Source of the DNA: a virus
IMG/VR virus record: IMGVR_UViG_3300048997_000353
Location: 44,442-108,441 of that record
Strand: one strand, 5' to 3'
DNA length: 64,000 nucleotides
The notes beneath the pieces were generated by a model. That model saw only the letters and a list, made by a program, of their open reading frames with translations, was not told the DNA's origin and searched no databases. Below are positions 25,198 through 34,175 of the stretch, one piece after another. The position numbers and the translations under genes were made by a program. The first letter of the stretch is position 1. Every line of letters starts with the position of its first letter.

Positions 25198-25760
25198 GTG
25201 CCCAAGATCAAGTACAGAGAATTCAAGTTCCGGCCCGCCACGCTCGCGATGATTAAGAAGGCGAACGAAATTATTGCGGAGTACGCCGCGCAAGGCTTTG
25301 ATTTGACGCTCCGGCAAATGTACTACCAGTTCGTTTCATGCAGAACACGCGCGGCGGGCAGAAGCCAATCGTGTTTCATTTCGGGGATATGGACCCAAGC
25401 GGACGAGATATGAGTCGAGATATTGTCGATCGACTGGAACTGTTCACGCGCAGCGAACTTAGGTTCGAACGCCTGGCGCTCAACATGGACCAGGTGCGGC
25501 AGTATAATCCTCCACCCAATCCTGCGAAGATCACTGATTCGCGGGCCAATGGCTATATCGCTGAATTCGGCGGTGAGTCCTGGGAACTGGATGCGCTGGA
25601 ACCGGCCGTGCTCGAAGCTTTGGTGCGCAACGCGATCGAGTCCGTCGTCGATCAGGATTTAATGGATGAAGCGATGGAAGAACAAACCAAGCACCGGAAA
25701 ACATTGGAGCTGATTGCTTCGAAATTCCAGAAGGTCGAAAGGTTGGTGAACCGGCCATGA
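25198..25760 (+). pseudogene. Toprim-domain (Topo VI-A/JetD-like) gene with an internal deletion and frameshift
   Basis: The N-terminal LTLRQMYYQFVS segment and the C-terminal FHFGDMDPSG...WELDALEP segment lie in different frames, joined near 25340; the usual central EVWVEKDAL...RGY segment is absent. Confidence 0.7.
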
Positions 25761-26506
25761 AAATTTACTTGGTAACGCAAGGCGAGTATTCGGACTATCA
25801 GATTCTTGGCGCGTTCAGCACTGAGGAAAAAGCTCAACAATTTGCTGCTGGCCACGGAACCATCGAACCATTTGAAGTGGATGACCCAGAGAATGATCTT
25901 CGGGGATTCCGCACGATGTGGTGTATTAACATTTATTTGGAAACCGGGAACATGCATCACCCGTTTGGTGGTCCACAACAAGGCGCATGGGAGAGAGTCT
26001 TTAGAGAAGTATAGTGCCCGTGGCATGGTGGAATTCTACATGGGTTGTCTTGCGCCAAATGAACCCCCAATAGCTAAGGCCTATTCTTTTGTTTCGGCAG
26101 ACCATGCCAAAAAACTTGCCGCAGAAGCAAGGCAAGCATGGCTGCGGATGGGTTCACCAAAAGCAGTCTGGGACAAGCACGACAATGGAACGACTGTTTA
26201 CAACGGAGTAAAAACCCAGGCAATAACAGACGAACTCAGACAAGCCATGCTGCCAGTGATTCTCACAGATTAGGCAGGATCAGGCGCAGGATCTGGCGCA
26301 GTAATATCGCGCACGTAGACAACCTCACTGCCATTGAACGACATTCTGCCGACTTCTTTTAGACACACCTGAAACTCTCGCATTGCGATTCTCCTTTGAA
26401 GGCTTCTTGCATTTGTGGGATTGGCCAGATGTGACGAGGACGCCACACAGCGGGCAGTTCATGTCCATACCGAGAATCGTGAGGACGCAGGTTGCGTACT
26501 TTATTT

Positions 26507-26932
26507 TTACTCGCATAATCCCAATTTTCGGATGGCCAGCTCGACATTGGCCGACGTGAGTCCCGTGGCCCATTTCGTGAGAACCAGGTGTCCCATGAGC
26601 GGCTCCATGCACTGATCATCGTCGAGGATGGCGAAGCGTTCGATCTCGAGCTTGGTTTCCAGTAGCCATTCGTGGATCTCGATCCCGCGCGCAAGGCCGT
26701 GAGGATAGCAGGTCTTGCCCATCACCGGAGCCGTCACGCCCCACTCGACAAGGATTTTCTCGATATCGTCGAACACGCGCCAGGTCGAGCTCACCACAAT
26801 CTGGGCGCCGGTCGCATGTGTGATTTGATTGAGCAGCTTGACCAGTTCGGGATCGGCCTTGCGCACGCCGTACTTGCGCGCGGACGCATTACTGATGAGC
26901 ACCCCGTCGATATCGAGAAATAGAATTTTCAC
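26507..26932 (-). CDS. HAD-superfamily protein (Swiss-Army-knife RNA-repair-like HAD)
   Basis: KILFLDIDGVL, IVVSSTWR, RGIEIHEWL, FAILDD. Confidence 0.85.
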   Translation of the reverse strand: MKILFLDIDGVLISNASARKYGVRKADPELVKLLNQITHATGAQIVVSSTWRVFDDIEKILVEWGVTAPVMGKTCYPHGLARGIEIHEWLLETKLEIERFAILDDDQCMEPLMGHLVLTKWATGLTSANVELAIRKLGLCE

Positions 26933-27362
26933 GGCATGAACACCTCTGGATGATGCAAGGCAACCACTCTTCTTTTGTGGCCACAGCGCAGACACTTGGT
27001 TCCATCCATGTCGTGCCTGATGAAATTGCCCACCGCACTCATGCACCTGCGTCGCTTGGCGCGAAACTGTGCTTTGCCGCCAGGCAGCGGCCGGCGAGCC
27101 TTTCTTGCAGCGATTGCCATACGTTCAACGTAGCGCATCATTCCTCCCGAAAGTTAGATCCACCGGCCGCGCGGGCCACGCGCAAACGCTTCCCATCTTC
27201 GGCGCTCCGCGACAGCCAAGGGCTCGTCATGATAAAACGCAAGCAATCCTCCACACTCCCCGCATTCCCAGCCCAACGCGGCAAAGCTGCCATGGAATTT
27301 CTGTTGCCATGTGTCGCACTGGCAGAAGCAACAAAGATGCCTGCGGCACTCTGTCCGGAACG

Positions 27363-27578
27363 TCATGGTAAAGCGTACTCAAAAATAAGCCTCTGCATTT
27401 CCATGTAAATTGCGACTGGAACCAAAACGGCAAGCGGTTCCTGCCTGTATAAAATCAGCATAGGTTCATCGAGTTGGCGAAGCCGCTGCGCGTTCATCAC
27501 TTGCAGCACCGAAACAGGCAACGTCCGCTTGGGAATGAATCGGAGATGATCTTTGTCCGATGATTCAGTTTGGTCCAT
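27363..27578 (-). CDS. Small protein, Phd/YefM antitoxin-like
   Basis: EPMLILYRQEPLAVLVPVAIY resembles the Phd/YefM core. Confidence 0.45.
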   Translation of the reverse strand: MDQTESSDKDHLRFIPKRTLPVSVLQVMNAQRLRQLDEPMLILYRQEPLAVLVPVAIYMEMQRLIFEYALP

Positions 27579-27832
27579 TCAATCCCCGATCTCTGCGATG
27601 TGCTCGCAGAGCAGAGTATCATTATCGGCACGTCTGAAAACTCGCCCATTACAGAACCCGCTCAGTTCCGGAAAATCTTCTTGTCGGAGAGGTTCAGGAA
27701 TAATAGGAACCAGCTTGCCAGCGTTGTGAATAGCCCAGCGCCTGGCATGGTCGTCAACGCTATCGTGGTGCTCGTGTTCGATGGCGTGCAAGATTTGTGT
27801 GGCAGAGCGGAGTTTCACAAGCACCGTTTTGA

Positions 27833-28216
27833 TTACGGTGTTTCCCTCGGCATGGGCATCCACGCAGGTCCGTCCTCTCCCACCGTTTGGACCATGGTGA
27901 ACTGAATCCCGCCTCGATCGTTCTTGAAAATGGCTTTGGCGCCGCGGCCGCATTGCTTGCAGACCGCGCCGGCGGTGTACGCTGCTTCTGTTTCGAGCAC
28001 GCGATGGACGAGGAAATCAGGCTCGGCGCAAAATGGACACGGCACATGACAAGTTGTCTCGGCACCGATGCCGGAGAGCTTCTGATTGCTAAAAAACTTG
28101 GCTTCGTATTCTTCCCTGGAGGTGCAATCGCTCATGGTTTCACCCGCTTGGTCTCTCGCTCCACGATCTTTGAAACGCACGCCTTCTCCCCGAGTTTCCT
28201 TAAGCAAAATTTGCAA
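27833..28216 (-). CDS. Zn-ribbon protein (likely start MSDCT)
   Basis: CPFC...CKQC. Confidence 0.6.
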   Translation of the reverse strand: MQILLKETRGEGVRFKDRGARDQAGETMSDCTSREEYEAKFFSNQKLSGIGAETTCHVPCPFCAEPDFLVHRVLETEAAYTAGAVCKQCGRGAKAIFKNDRGGIQFTMVQTVGEDGPAWMPMPRETP

Positions 28217-28374
28217 GTTACCCCTTCTCCGATATTCATGCCGTCTGAACCCGTTTGCATTCGACCACAGAGCGTGGTTGTAAGCGTCCCGCCGAACGGA
28301 CCTTTTCTAACGATTGACTTGTGGAGCACTACTCGGCGCTTAGCATAGGTCATCATTTCACAGCCTTCTCTCTG

Positions 28375-28632
28375 TCATCGGTTATGCACCTTGGGCGTTG
28401 TGAAGACCCGATACTGCCCCCAGCATTCGCGCGGCCACTCAATAAGTTCCCCTAGTTCGACCATCCGGTCCACGCACGCGACTTGCTCCCATGCGCAAAT
28501 GCCAGCCTCCTCCAATCTGAAGGCCCCCGCCTTTTTCAGCAGTTCGTTCACCTGATCGCGTACCCTGATAAATATTCTTTGGCCCGGCTCGGTGAAAAGA
28601 TACTCGCGCTCTGCTTTGTAGTCGTAACTCAT
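28375..28632 (-). CDS. Hypothetical phage protein
   Basis: GGAGGG RBS; MSYDYKAEREYLFTEPGQ...LLKKAGAF...ACVDRMVELGEL. Confidence 0.7.
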   Translation of the reverse strand: MSYDYKAEREYLFTEPGQRIFIRVRDQVNELLKKAGAFRLEEAGICAWEQVACVDRMVELGELIEWPRECWGQYRVFTTPKVHNR

Positions 28633-28650
28633 TTTCCCTCCACCTGTTTC

Positions 28651-29220
28651 TCATGATTGCGCCCTGACCGGCGACAGCTTGCCCCGCTGAAACGATTCAA
28701 TCCACTCCCGCACTTTACTCTTGCCCGGCGGCAGAGGAACGACTGCAACAAAATAAAAGAAGATCACTACCCCAAGACACCACAGCACGTTCTCGGTAAA
28801 TACAGCCAGCCTGTGCTCTGTTACCCAGATTAATTTCACGGTGTACCGTGCCGTGAAAGATATCCACAGCAGCCGCCAAAACAATCCGTAGCGTATTGAT
28901 GCTGCAATGCCTTTGGGTAGTGTGTCCGCTCCCGATTGGACATGCCGGTCGGCCTCATCGCAAAGCTTGCCGTCATGTGCCAGAAGAACAATCACAAAAG
29001 CAGTAAGCGCGGCATTAATGATGCTGGGCCGATCCGCCGACAGCTTTAGGAAATAATCGGCAAGATTGAACACGCCAGAACAAAACGTGATGAATCTTCC
29101 TTGCTTGGCGATGAAATAAGTTGTCCGTCCGGTCAACCGCTGAAACCAGTGCGCGAACGTGGTGCATCTGGCAAGGATCCAATTATCCGTAACACGGAAA
29201 GGATTCATCATTCGTCCCAC
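28651..29220 (-). CDS. Membrane protein, about 4 TM segments
   Basis: Several hydrophobic segments. Confidence 0.65.
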   Translation of the reverse strand: MGRMMNPFRVTDNWILARCTTFAHWFQRLTGRTTYFIAKQGRFITFCSGVFNLADYFLKLSADRPSIINAALTAFVIVLLAHDGKLCDEADRHVQSGADTLPKGIAASIRYGLFWRLLWISFTARYTVKLIWVTEHRLAVFTENVLWCLGVVIFFYFVAVVPLPPGKSKVREWIESFQRGKLSPVRAQS

Positions 29221-30006
29221 TCATTCAGCTTTTTTGAGAGTTGGCGTTCGAGCTTTTGCATTTGCGCGATTTCGGGAACCAAATCTTCTTCGTAATGAAG
29301 TTGAATTACTGAAGCTGCTGTTGACCATCCGTGAATCTTTGAATACTCTCGCGGTAGAAATTCGGTCATTTTCATGATTCTCCTTGTGGAAATGCTGTTC
29401 CAATTCCTTGGGCTCAGGATTGGACGCGAAATAATGCCAGTTCGCTAGGACAGCGGCCGCGGTGATCAGATGGTGCATGAACTTGCCATCGTCGCCGGCG
29501 CGCTGCGCGTGCAATGCTTTCCCGGCAAGATAACCGATCACCCAGAACCATTCTTCCGGCCCTTTCGCGCGGTCCTGTTCGATCCCCCAGCGGGTGAGTT
29601 GGTGTGCGGCCTCGATCTTGACGCCTGCCAGGAAGTCGTTAATCTCCGGTCGGTTGAGTAACTCGCGAAGTGCCTGGCAATCTTCCCGGTCACAAGGATA
29701 CTTGCCCAATTTTGGAATCATCTGGCGCCTGCGAGTGAGCGGGTCATTTCCCTCGTTAATCGTATTCCGTAAATCGCTCGCCTCGTTACGCGCATCGGCA
29801 AGAGAAAGCTCGGGATATTTTCCGATGGTGTACCGGCGTTCGCGCTGGTTGATGCGATAGTTCAGCACGAAGGAGATGGCACCGCCGGCCGTCACTCGCA
29901 CAGCGAATCCGCGCACAGAGTCCTTCCCGTCATAGAAATACAATTTATTTCCCTTCGCCGGACGCGGCAATTTCGGGATTGTTTTTTCACTTATGAGAAC
30001 GCTCAT
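29221..30006 (-). CDS. Integrase arm-type DNA-binding domain fused to a MazG-like helical domain; no recombinase catalytic domain
   Basis: VRGFAVRVTAGGAISFVLNYR...RRYTIGKYPELSLADARNEA...GNDP, then AAHQLTRWG...EEWFWVIGYLAGKA...LITAAAVLANW. Confidence 0.7.
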   Translation of the reverse strand: MSVLISEKTIPKLPRPAKGNKLYFYDGKDSVRGFAVRVTAGGAISFVLNYRINQRERRYTIGKYPELSLADARNEASDLRNTINEGNDPLTRRRQMIPKLGKYPCDREDCQALRELLNRPEINDFLAGVKIEAAHQLTRWGIEQDRAKGPEEWFWVIGYLAGKALHAQRAGDDGKFMHHLITAAAVLANWHYFASNPEPKELEQHFHKENHENDRISTARVFKDSRMVNSSFSNSTSLRRRFGSRNRANAKARTPTLKKAE

Positions 30007-30272
30007 ACAACCTCCCGTCACGGACCGTTAGCATCGCGGCAAACCGGACACATCCCGTCCACGCCAGGCAGTAAATTCCGGGGCAAGATCGTCCATTCCG
30101 TGTGCGTCAAAAAGACAAAAGGGAAATGGGTTTGGGAGGTCCACCAGTGAGAGGGAGACACATCCCCATCTGTATCGAGCACAATCTTCCGTTGAAGGTC
30201 CGGCACCGCACCCGATACCAGCGACCGTCTGCCTCGCGGCCGGCCAGGGGAACGGTTCTCCGCTCATCCTGA

Positions 30273-31250
30273 TTATTCCTCCAGTTTCATCGCGCGCTTG
30301 CCGCCGATCACCGGCCCAGGCGCACTCGGTTGTGCTTTCTGTTGCGGTTCGGCCTTCGTAGCGCACACAACACACATGTACACCACGGCGGGATCTGTTC
30401 CAACTGGCACGTTCAGCATGACGCCACACTTGAAACAGTTGGCGTTATACTGCGGCACTGGCATTGGCCGGTTGTATGCCCCATTTTGCCAGGGATTCCA
30501 CCGCTTCTGTTCGCATTCCGGGCATACGAAGTTCGCGCCCGAGGTCCACCAAGCCGGTGCGGGTTGCGGTCTCTTACATTCGACGCAGTAACAGTACTGT
30601 GGATAGACCGTAAAGTTTCCGCTGGTCGGATACACCGGATCGGTCGGACCAGGCCGGTTGTCAACGGTCACCGAACCGTCTGGGTTTATATACCATGTTC
30701 TGCTTGGGTACACTGGCTCACTTGCTACGACTGTAACAACTCCAGTGGACCTGGATAGCTCCTGCAGAAGATTACCGGTTTCACTCAGTTCCTCTGGATT
30801 CCAAAGAATTAAACATTTTGTTTCGAGGGACGCTATTGTTGGTAGAAGTCCCCAACCGGGAGACCTCAATTGTGGGCGCAAGAAATCCGAGATCACACTC
30901 GGGTCCATCCTTTGAGTTTCATCAAAAATCAGCAAACCGGGCGGCGCCGTGCGAATCAAATCGCAGATATCACGTGCATTTTGGACCCCGACGAAACGGA
31001 ATTGGTTGATCCAGTCGGTGGTACTGGACGCCAATTGCGAAAGCTGCCACTTCATTTGCTGCACCATGTTAAAGCCTGAAGGTAAATACCAAACGGGCAG
31101 ACCATCAGAAATTCGGCTGAGAGTTTGAGCCGCGGCGACCCAAGTCTTTCCCGATCGACGTGGGCCCACAAACATGCGTAGGGCAGACTGAGACACCAGG
31201 ATCTCAGCTTGCTTGAGCGTGGCACTGCTTAAATTGAGATTGAACATCAC
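30273..31250 (-). CDS. P-loop NTPase (terminase/helicase-like) with C-terminal Zn ribbons
   Basis: GPRRSGKT Walker A, LIFDE Walker B, four CxxC pairs. Confidence 0.7.
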   Translation of the reverse strand: MMFNLNLSSATLKQAEILVSQSALRMFVGPRRSGKTWVAAAQTLSRISDGLPVWYLPSGFNMVQQMKWQLSQLASSTTDWINQFRFVGVQNARDICDLIRTAPPGLLIFDETQRMDPSVISDFLRPQLRSPGWGLLPTIASLETKCLILWNPEELSETGNLLQELSRSTGVVTVVASEPVYPSRTWYINPDGSVTVDNRPGPTDPVYPTSGNFTVYPQYCYCVECKRPQPAPAWWTSGANFVCPECEQKRWNPWQNGAYNRPMPVPQYNANCFKCGVMLNVPVGTDPAVVYMCVVCATKAEPQQKAQPSAPGPVIGGKRAMKLEE

Positions 31251-31334
31251 TGGTCTGATTCTCCGGTAGTCGTGGCGGCCGCAATGGGGGTAGAGACCGC
31301 CACGTTTATTCCCAGACGCGCCATTTGCGCGAGA

Positions 31335-32483
31335 CTAGCACATTTCTAAAACAACCGCGTGCATAACTCGTCCGTCCAGTTCCACGACTTCACCGACAAA
31401 GCGATCGGCCGTAACCCCGAAGATGCTGACATGCGGTTCGCCGTTGGACGATTTGTGGTTATAAATCAAATTGGATTTGAAGGGAAGCCCCAGAACTTTT
31501 TGCACGGCTGCGATGGCGTTGTCTGGCTTGTACTGGAACACACTCGCCTCATCCTTGCCCCGCAACAGTTCTGTTCCCATCCGTTTGACCGAATCCTTGT
31601 GAATGGCTTCCCAAGACAATGGCAGATCGAATAGCTCCACCGTCTTGCAGCCCTGTTCGGTAATGAGTGCCAGGCCCGCCTGATTTTCGTGCAACCGCGC
31701 CTTGGACAGCACGGCATCGAAACTCTTGGCGAACGCGTCGAAGTTCTGTTTGAGATTGTCTGATTGGAATGCAGACCCAGACGGCGGAATGGAATCTTCC
31801 ACCGGAGGGATATATGGTTCGTCGCCAAACCGGATGCCGCGGTTGCTGCCCATGGCCACGGGACGCGTATGGCCTGACAACGATCGCGTTGGAGTTGCAT
31901 TCATCATTCTGGTTCGCATGCGTCCCGGAAGGTCCGGAAGGCGGGATTTCTGATAAACGCCCGTGGTTGATCCAAGAGGCATGGACACAGAACCCGTGTA
32001 GGTTTCCACGGCGTCCCACATGGTTCGTTGATCGGAAGAGGCGTAGCCACTCGTGTAGGTTCTCGAGTCCAAGTCGAGCGGCGTGATCCCACCGTATTTG
32101 AACTCGGCGCCCGGATGAATTCCATGCGTGGCATGAATGCACCGCACGTTCAGGCCAACTTCCATTCCAGGATACAGAATGGCAGAACGGGTAAGCGCAC
32201 GCGTCTGTGTGCCCTTACCTTCAAAGATGGTGCCGGAACGGACAAACACGTTTTTCTTTGACGTGTTTTTGAGATTCACTTTGTTGATGCTGCCAGAGTC
32301 ATGAATCAGGACTTCTTCAGTTTCCGGCATGGTGATGTACTGCCGTTCCTGGGACGTGACCCGCAGAATGGGAAGGATGCAAACGAGTGAATTATCGGAC
32401 GGCCGGTCCGGTTCACCGAATTTGAATCCAAACTCTTGTTCAGAAACAGTTTTGAAAATGGAATCGACAGAAAGGGTGAGCAT
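31335..32483 (-). CDS. ARPP-1/DUF6569-like protein
   Basis: GSINKVNLKN...VFVRSGTIFEG...QTR...VRCIH resembles the ARPP-1 family pattern. Confidence 0.6.
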   Translation of the reverse strand: MLTLSVDSIFKTVSEQEFGFKFGEPDRPSDNSLVCILPILRVTSQERQYITMPETEEVLIHDSGSINKVNLKNTSKKNVFVRSGTIFEGKGTQTRALTRSAILYPGMEVGLNVRCIHATHGIHPGAEFKYGGITPLDLDSRTYTSGYASSDQRTMWDAVETYTGSVSMPLGSTTGVYQKSRLPDLPGRMRTRMMNATPTRSLSGHTRPVAMGSNRGIRFGDEPYIPPVEDSIPPSGSAFQSDNLKQNFDAFAKSFDAVLSKARLHENQAGLALITEQGCKTVELFDLPLSWEAIHKDSVKRMGTELLRGKDEASVFQYKPDNAIAAVQKVLGLPFKSNLIYNHKSSNGEPHVSIFGVTADRFVGEVVELDGRVMHAVVLEMC

Positions 32484-32542
32484 CAGGTTCTCCTGTTCCG
32501 AGGATTCTTCCCCGGTTAAATTTGAGTACGCCGCGCAGCGTA

Positions 32543-32851
32543 TCAGGCTTTGACAGCTTTGTCAGTAGGAAATAATTCGGGATGGGCTAGGCGCACCTTG
32601 GCAACCTGAATGGCCAGCGCTGCAATAAATTCTTCGAGCGGCCGTTCAAAATCCTTCTTATCCAAGAAAAATGTTTGGCAGAAGTCCAGATTCGGATCAA
32701 TCCACAGGTGTAACCCGAGCCGGTCCTGCCATCCGTCATGGTCATTGCCGTACTGATTATAGGTAATGGAATGATGACGAGTTTCGAGGCGTTCACCGGG
32801 CGGAAATGCCAGTTCAATTCTTTTCATGAATTCCAACAGCTTGTCTCTCAT
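32543..32851 (-). CDS. Hypothetical protein
   Basis: AAGGAG RBS; ATGA overlap. Confidence 0.6.
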   Translation of the reverse strand: MRDKLLEFMKRIELAFPPGERLETRHHSITYNQYGNDHDGWQDRLGLHLWIDPNLDFCQTFFLDKKDFERPLEEFIAALAIQVAKVRLAHPELFPTDKAVKA

Positions 32852-33180
32852 CGGTCTCCTTGTGTGATCCAGTGTTTGATTCCTACAGCGTCGTGGATAC
32901 CCAGCTTTGCAAAAATGTTTTGCTTGTGATTCCGGACGGTCTGATAGGCGATGCCCAGCGTTTCTGCGATATGTTTTTCCTGCATCCCATCGGCCACAAG
33001 CTGAGCCACCTGCAACTCGCGCGCGGTCAGTTTCCGGTTGGATTGGACTTCGCCATGATTCTGGTGATTCCGTATAGTTTCAAACGTGGTATCCAGCAAC
33101 TGGTTGAATTCACCAATCCCACGCGCCCGGGACCGACGATCCTCCGTGGCGCGTGTCTTGGCGCGACGACCGCTACTCAA
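32848..33180 (-). CDS. LuxR/GerE-type HTH regulator
   Basis: LTARELQVAQLVADG...IAETLGIAYQTVRNHKQNIFAKLG. Confidence 0.85.
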   Translation of the reverse strand: MSSGRRAKTRATEDRRSRARGIGEFNQLLDTTFETIRNHQNHGEVQSNRKLTARELQVAQLVADGMQEKHIAETLGIAYQTVRNHKQNIFAKLGIHDAVGIKHWITQGDR

Positions 33181-33560
33181 TTAAGCCGCCGTCGTTGTCT
33201 GTGCGACGCATTCACCGCACATCGCATCTGGTTCCTGTGGACAGTTCTCTGTGTGACACGGCAAACGCCGGCAACAGCGCGGGCAGTGGTGATAATGGGT
33301 TTCAGGTGGAGCGGCGTGTAGATCGGGAGTGAGATTCACGTCCCCTCCAATCGCTAAACCCGTTGCGGCAACGCTGACATCCTTTTGATCTTCCATCTCT
33401 TCCTCCTTTTAGTGGTACTATCCGGACCGTCGATTGTTGAACAAAACTTGGCAGTTCTGGACAACAAAAAAAACGACAAAACACCATTCGCATTGCCGAA
33501 AGCTGCCTAACAACAGCGAGAGGGGCCGGATTCAAACCGGCCTCTTCGGTTTCCCACAGT

Positions 33561-33636
33561 GCTGCCGTAGCTCAATTGGTAGAGCCGACGATCTGTAATC
33601 GTCCTGTTTGGGGTTCAAGTCCTCACGGCAGCCCCA
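33561..33636 (+). tRNA. tRNA-Thr(UGU) with C at position 33
   Basis: GCTGCCG/CGGCAGC acceptor; GACGA TCTGTAA TCGTC anticodon arm; TTCAAGT T loop; CCA end. Confidence 0.85.
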
Positions 33637-33638
33637 CT

Positions 33639-34175
33639 TCATTGAGACACCTTGATTTCCTTTTGGAATCCGCACTCGTTGCAACGGTAAACCGTACCGA
33701 TAAAAACCGTGCAACTCGAACTGCATTCCGGGCAAGCGGGCAGCAGGACAACCGGAATATCTGACACCATCGGTGCGCTGGCCATCCAGGCAGTGCGTGC
33801 TTTCCATGCTCGCACAGCCTCGAGATGTTCTTCCTTCTTTCGGATTTGGCTGCGCGCCCACCGCATTTTCTTGAGACAAGCTGGCGAACAATATTTGCGA
33901 CGATTATCTTTCCGCTTATCGCAGATGGGACACAGACTGACCCAGATGGCATCCGGCGCCGGAACGTGCGGTTCCCATTCTGGCCAGAGTGGTTCGCCGC
34001 CCAGGAGCGAACGATCCGTTTTCAGCTCCCACATTTTTACCGGACAGTCGCTCAAGGTTTCATGCGGAAAGATTTGACCCCTTCGATCTCGTGGATGGCG
34101 GTGGCGAGCCGTTCGTATTCTTGGATCATTTGCGTAGCTCGTGCGCAGCGCGGCCGCCGACAGGATGCGTGCCAT
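33639..34175 (-). CDS. Cys-rich Zn-finger protein (start uncertain)
   Basis: CPIC...YCSPAC...CPEC...CNEC. Confidence 0.55.
   Translation of the reverse strand: MARILSAAALRTSYANDPRIRTARHRHPRDRRGQIFPHETLSDCPVKMWELKTDRSLLGGEPLWPEWEPHVPAPDAIWVSLCPICDKRKDNRRKYCSPACLKKMRWARSQIRKKEEHLEAVRAWKARTAWMASAPMVSDIPVVLLPACPECSSSCTVFIGTVYRCNECGFQKEIKVSQ

Noticed and set aside
29221-30006. Functional integrase or prophage boundary
   Set aside because: No catalytic R-H-R-Y domain, and phage genes continue on both sides.
33515-33548. Extra minus-strand tRNA
   Set aside because: Only a T-arm-like hairpin; no matching 5' acceptor strand or D arm.
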